Below are positions 63,561 through 64,000 of a DNA stretch of 64,000 nucleotides, piece by piece. The translations under genes were made by a program, and so were the position numbers. Source of the DNA: a virus (taxonomy: Duplodnaviria > Caudoviricetes); IMG/VR virus record IMGVR_UViG_3300027804_000001, positions 96,001 to 160,000 of that record. The stretch is one strand, 5' to 3'. Positions within the stretch are counted from its first letter, which is position 1, and each line of letters opens with the position of its first letter. The notes below the pieces were generated by a model, which was not told the DNA's origin, searched no databases, and saw nothing but the letters and a program-made list of their open reading frames with translations.

Positions 63561-63840
63561 AATTTCCTGTTGTTCTACGAAGTAATCTATCTACCTCATC
63601 TTCTTTTTCTTTCATTTCAACAATTCTAATGTAATATGATTCCTTATCCGCATTTGAATCTTTGGCTTTGATGTTCTTATCAAACCATTTACTAAACCAC
63701 TTACCCTTATAACAAAGAACTTGGCATCTATCACTAAATTCATCCGCATCACTTTGGTCCAATAAATTTTCCTGAACTAACTTAGATAGGATTATGTCCT
63801 TAACTTTGTTGAAGTTCTGTATTTCCGCTGTTAAATCCAT
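63550..63840 (-). CDS. hypothetical protein
   Basis: 96-aa ORF. Confidence 0.75.
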   Translation of the reverse strand: MDLTAEIQNFNKVKDIILSKLVQENLLDQSDADEFSDRCQVLCYKGKWFSKWFDKNIKAKDSNADKESYYIRIVEMKEKEDEVDRLLRRTTGNYDE

Positions 63841-64000
63841 CTTTTAATTTTTTTAAACTTTTGTAAATAAAATATGTTTCTTGAACAGTATAAATGTTCT
63901 GATTGTGTGAATATTCCAAAGCCCTTTCAATAATTGAAAGTGCGTCTGATTCATCCATTTTTTGAACGAACTCATCAAAATCTTTTTCTGTAGGAAATTC

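Noticed and set aside
1-64000. Stop-codon reassignment (as in some Bacteroidota jumbo phages)
   Set aside because: Recognisable genes (thyA, iscU, MTases) are full length in code 11, and TAA, TAG and TGA all terminate genes.
1-64000. Integrase, transposase, reverse transcriptase/DGR, introns, inteins, rRNA
   Set aside because: No diagnostic motifs were seen; any recombinase for the island sites would have to be encoded outside this window or by the host.

Overview
AT-rich (roughly 30% GC by eye) segment of a large, jumbo-type dsDNA phage genome, read in the standard code. The host is most likely Bacteroidota: there are about 15 canonical TTTG-N19/20-TAnnTTTG (-33/-7) promoters, A-rich leaders without Shine-Dalgarno sites, and DUF2452-like and lipoprotein genes. 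Most of the window (1-4.1 kb and 22.6-64 kb) is minus-strand accessory and metabolic genes. These include ThyA, IscU/IscA, a ferredoxin, an AdoMet decarboxylase, sugar-nucleotide and glycosyltransferase genes, five SGNH-like paralogs, three DNA methyltransferases, a putative restriction pair beside a MORC-type ATPase, a stand-alone DnaA domain IV, M23 and NlpC lysins, and a tRNA-Ile(UAU). Embedded in it is an 18-kb plus-strand island (about 4.2-22.6 kb) of self-contained promoter-gene(s)-terminator cassettes. The spacers between cassettes are GC-rich, read like natural polylinkers, and carry about 45 copies of one motif, WWTWATGAMYGGCY, often as inverted pairs around a C(C/T)GA core. The first genes of the island are purged of GpC and GATC. 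The island's left border has a G-tract and tandem DnaA boxes; its right border has a DnaA box and three covarying GNA-triloop hairpins. This island is the best candidate for an undescribed system. All family assignments and counts were made by eye, with no database searches.
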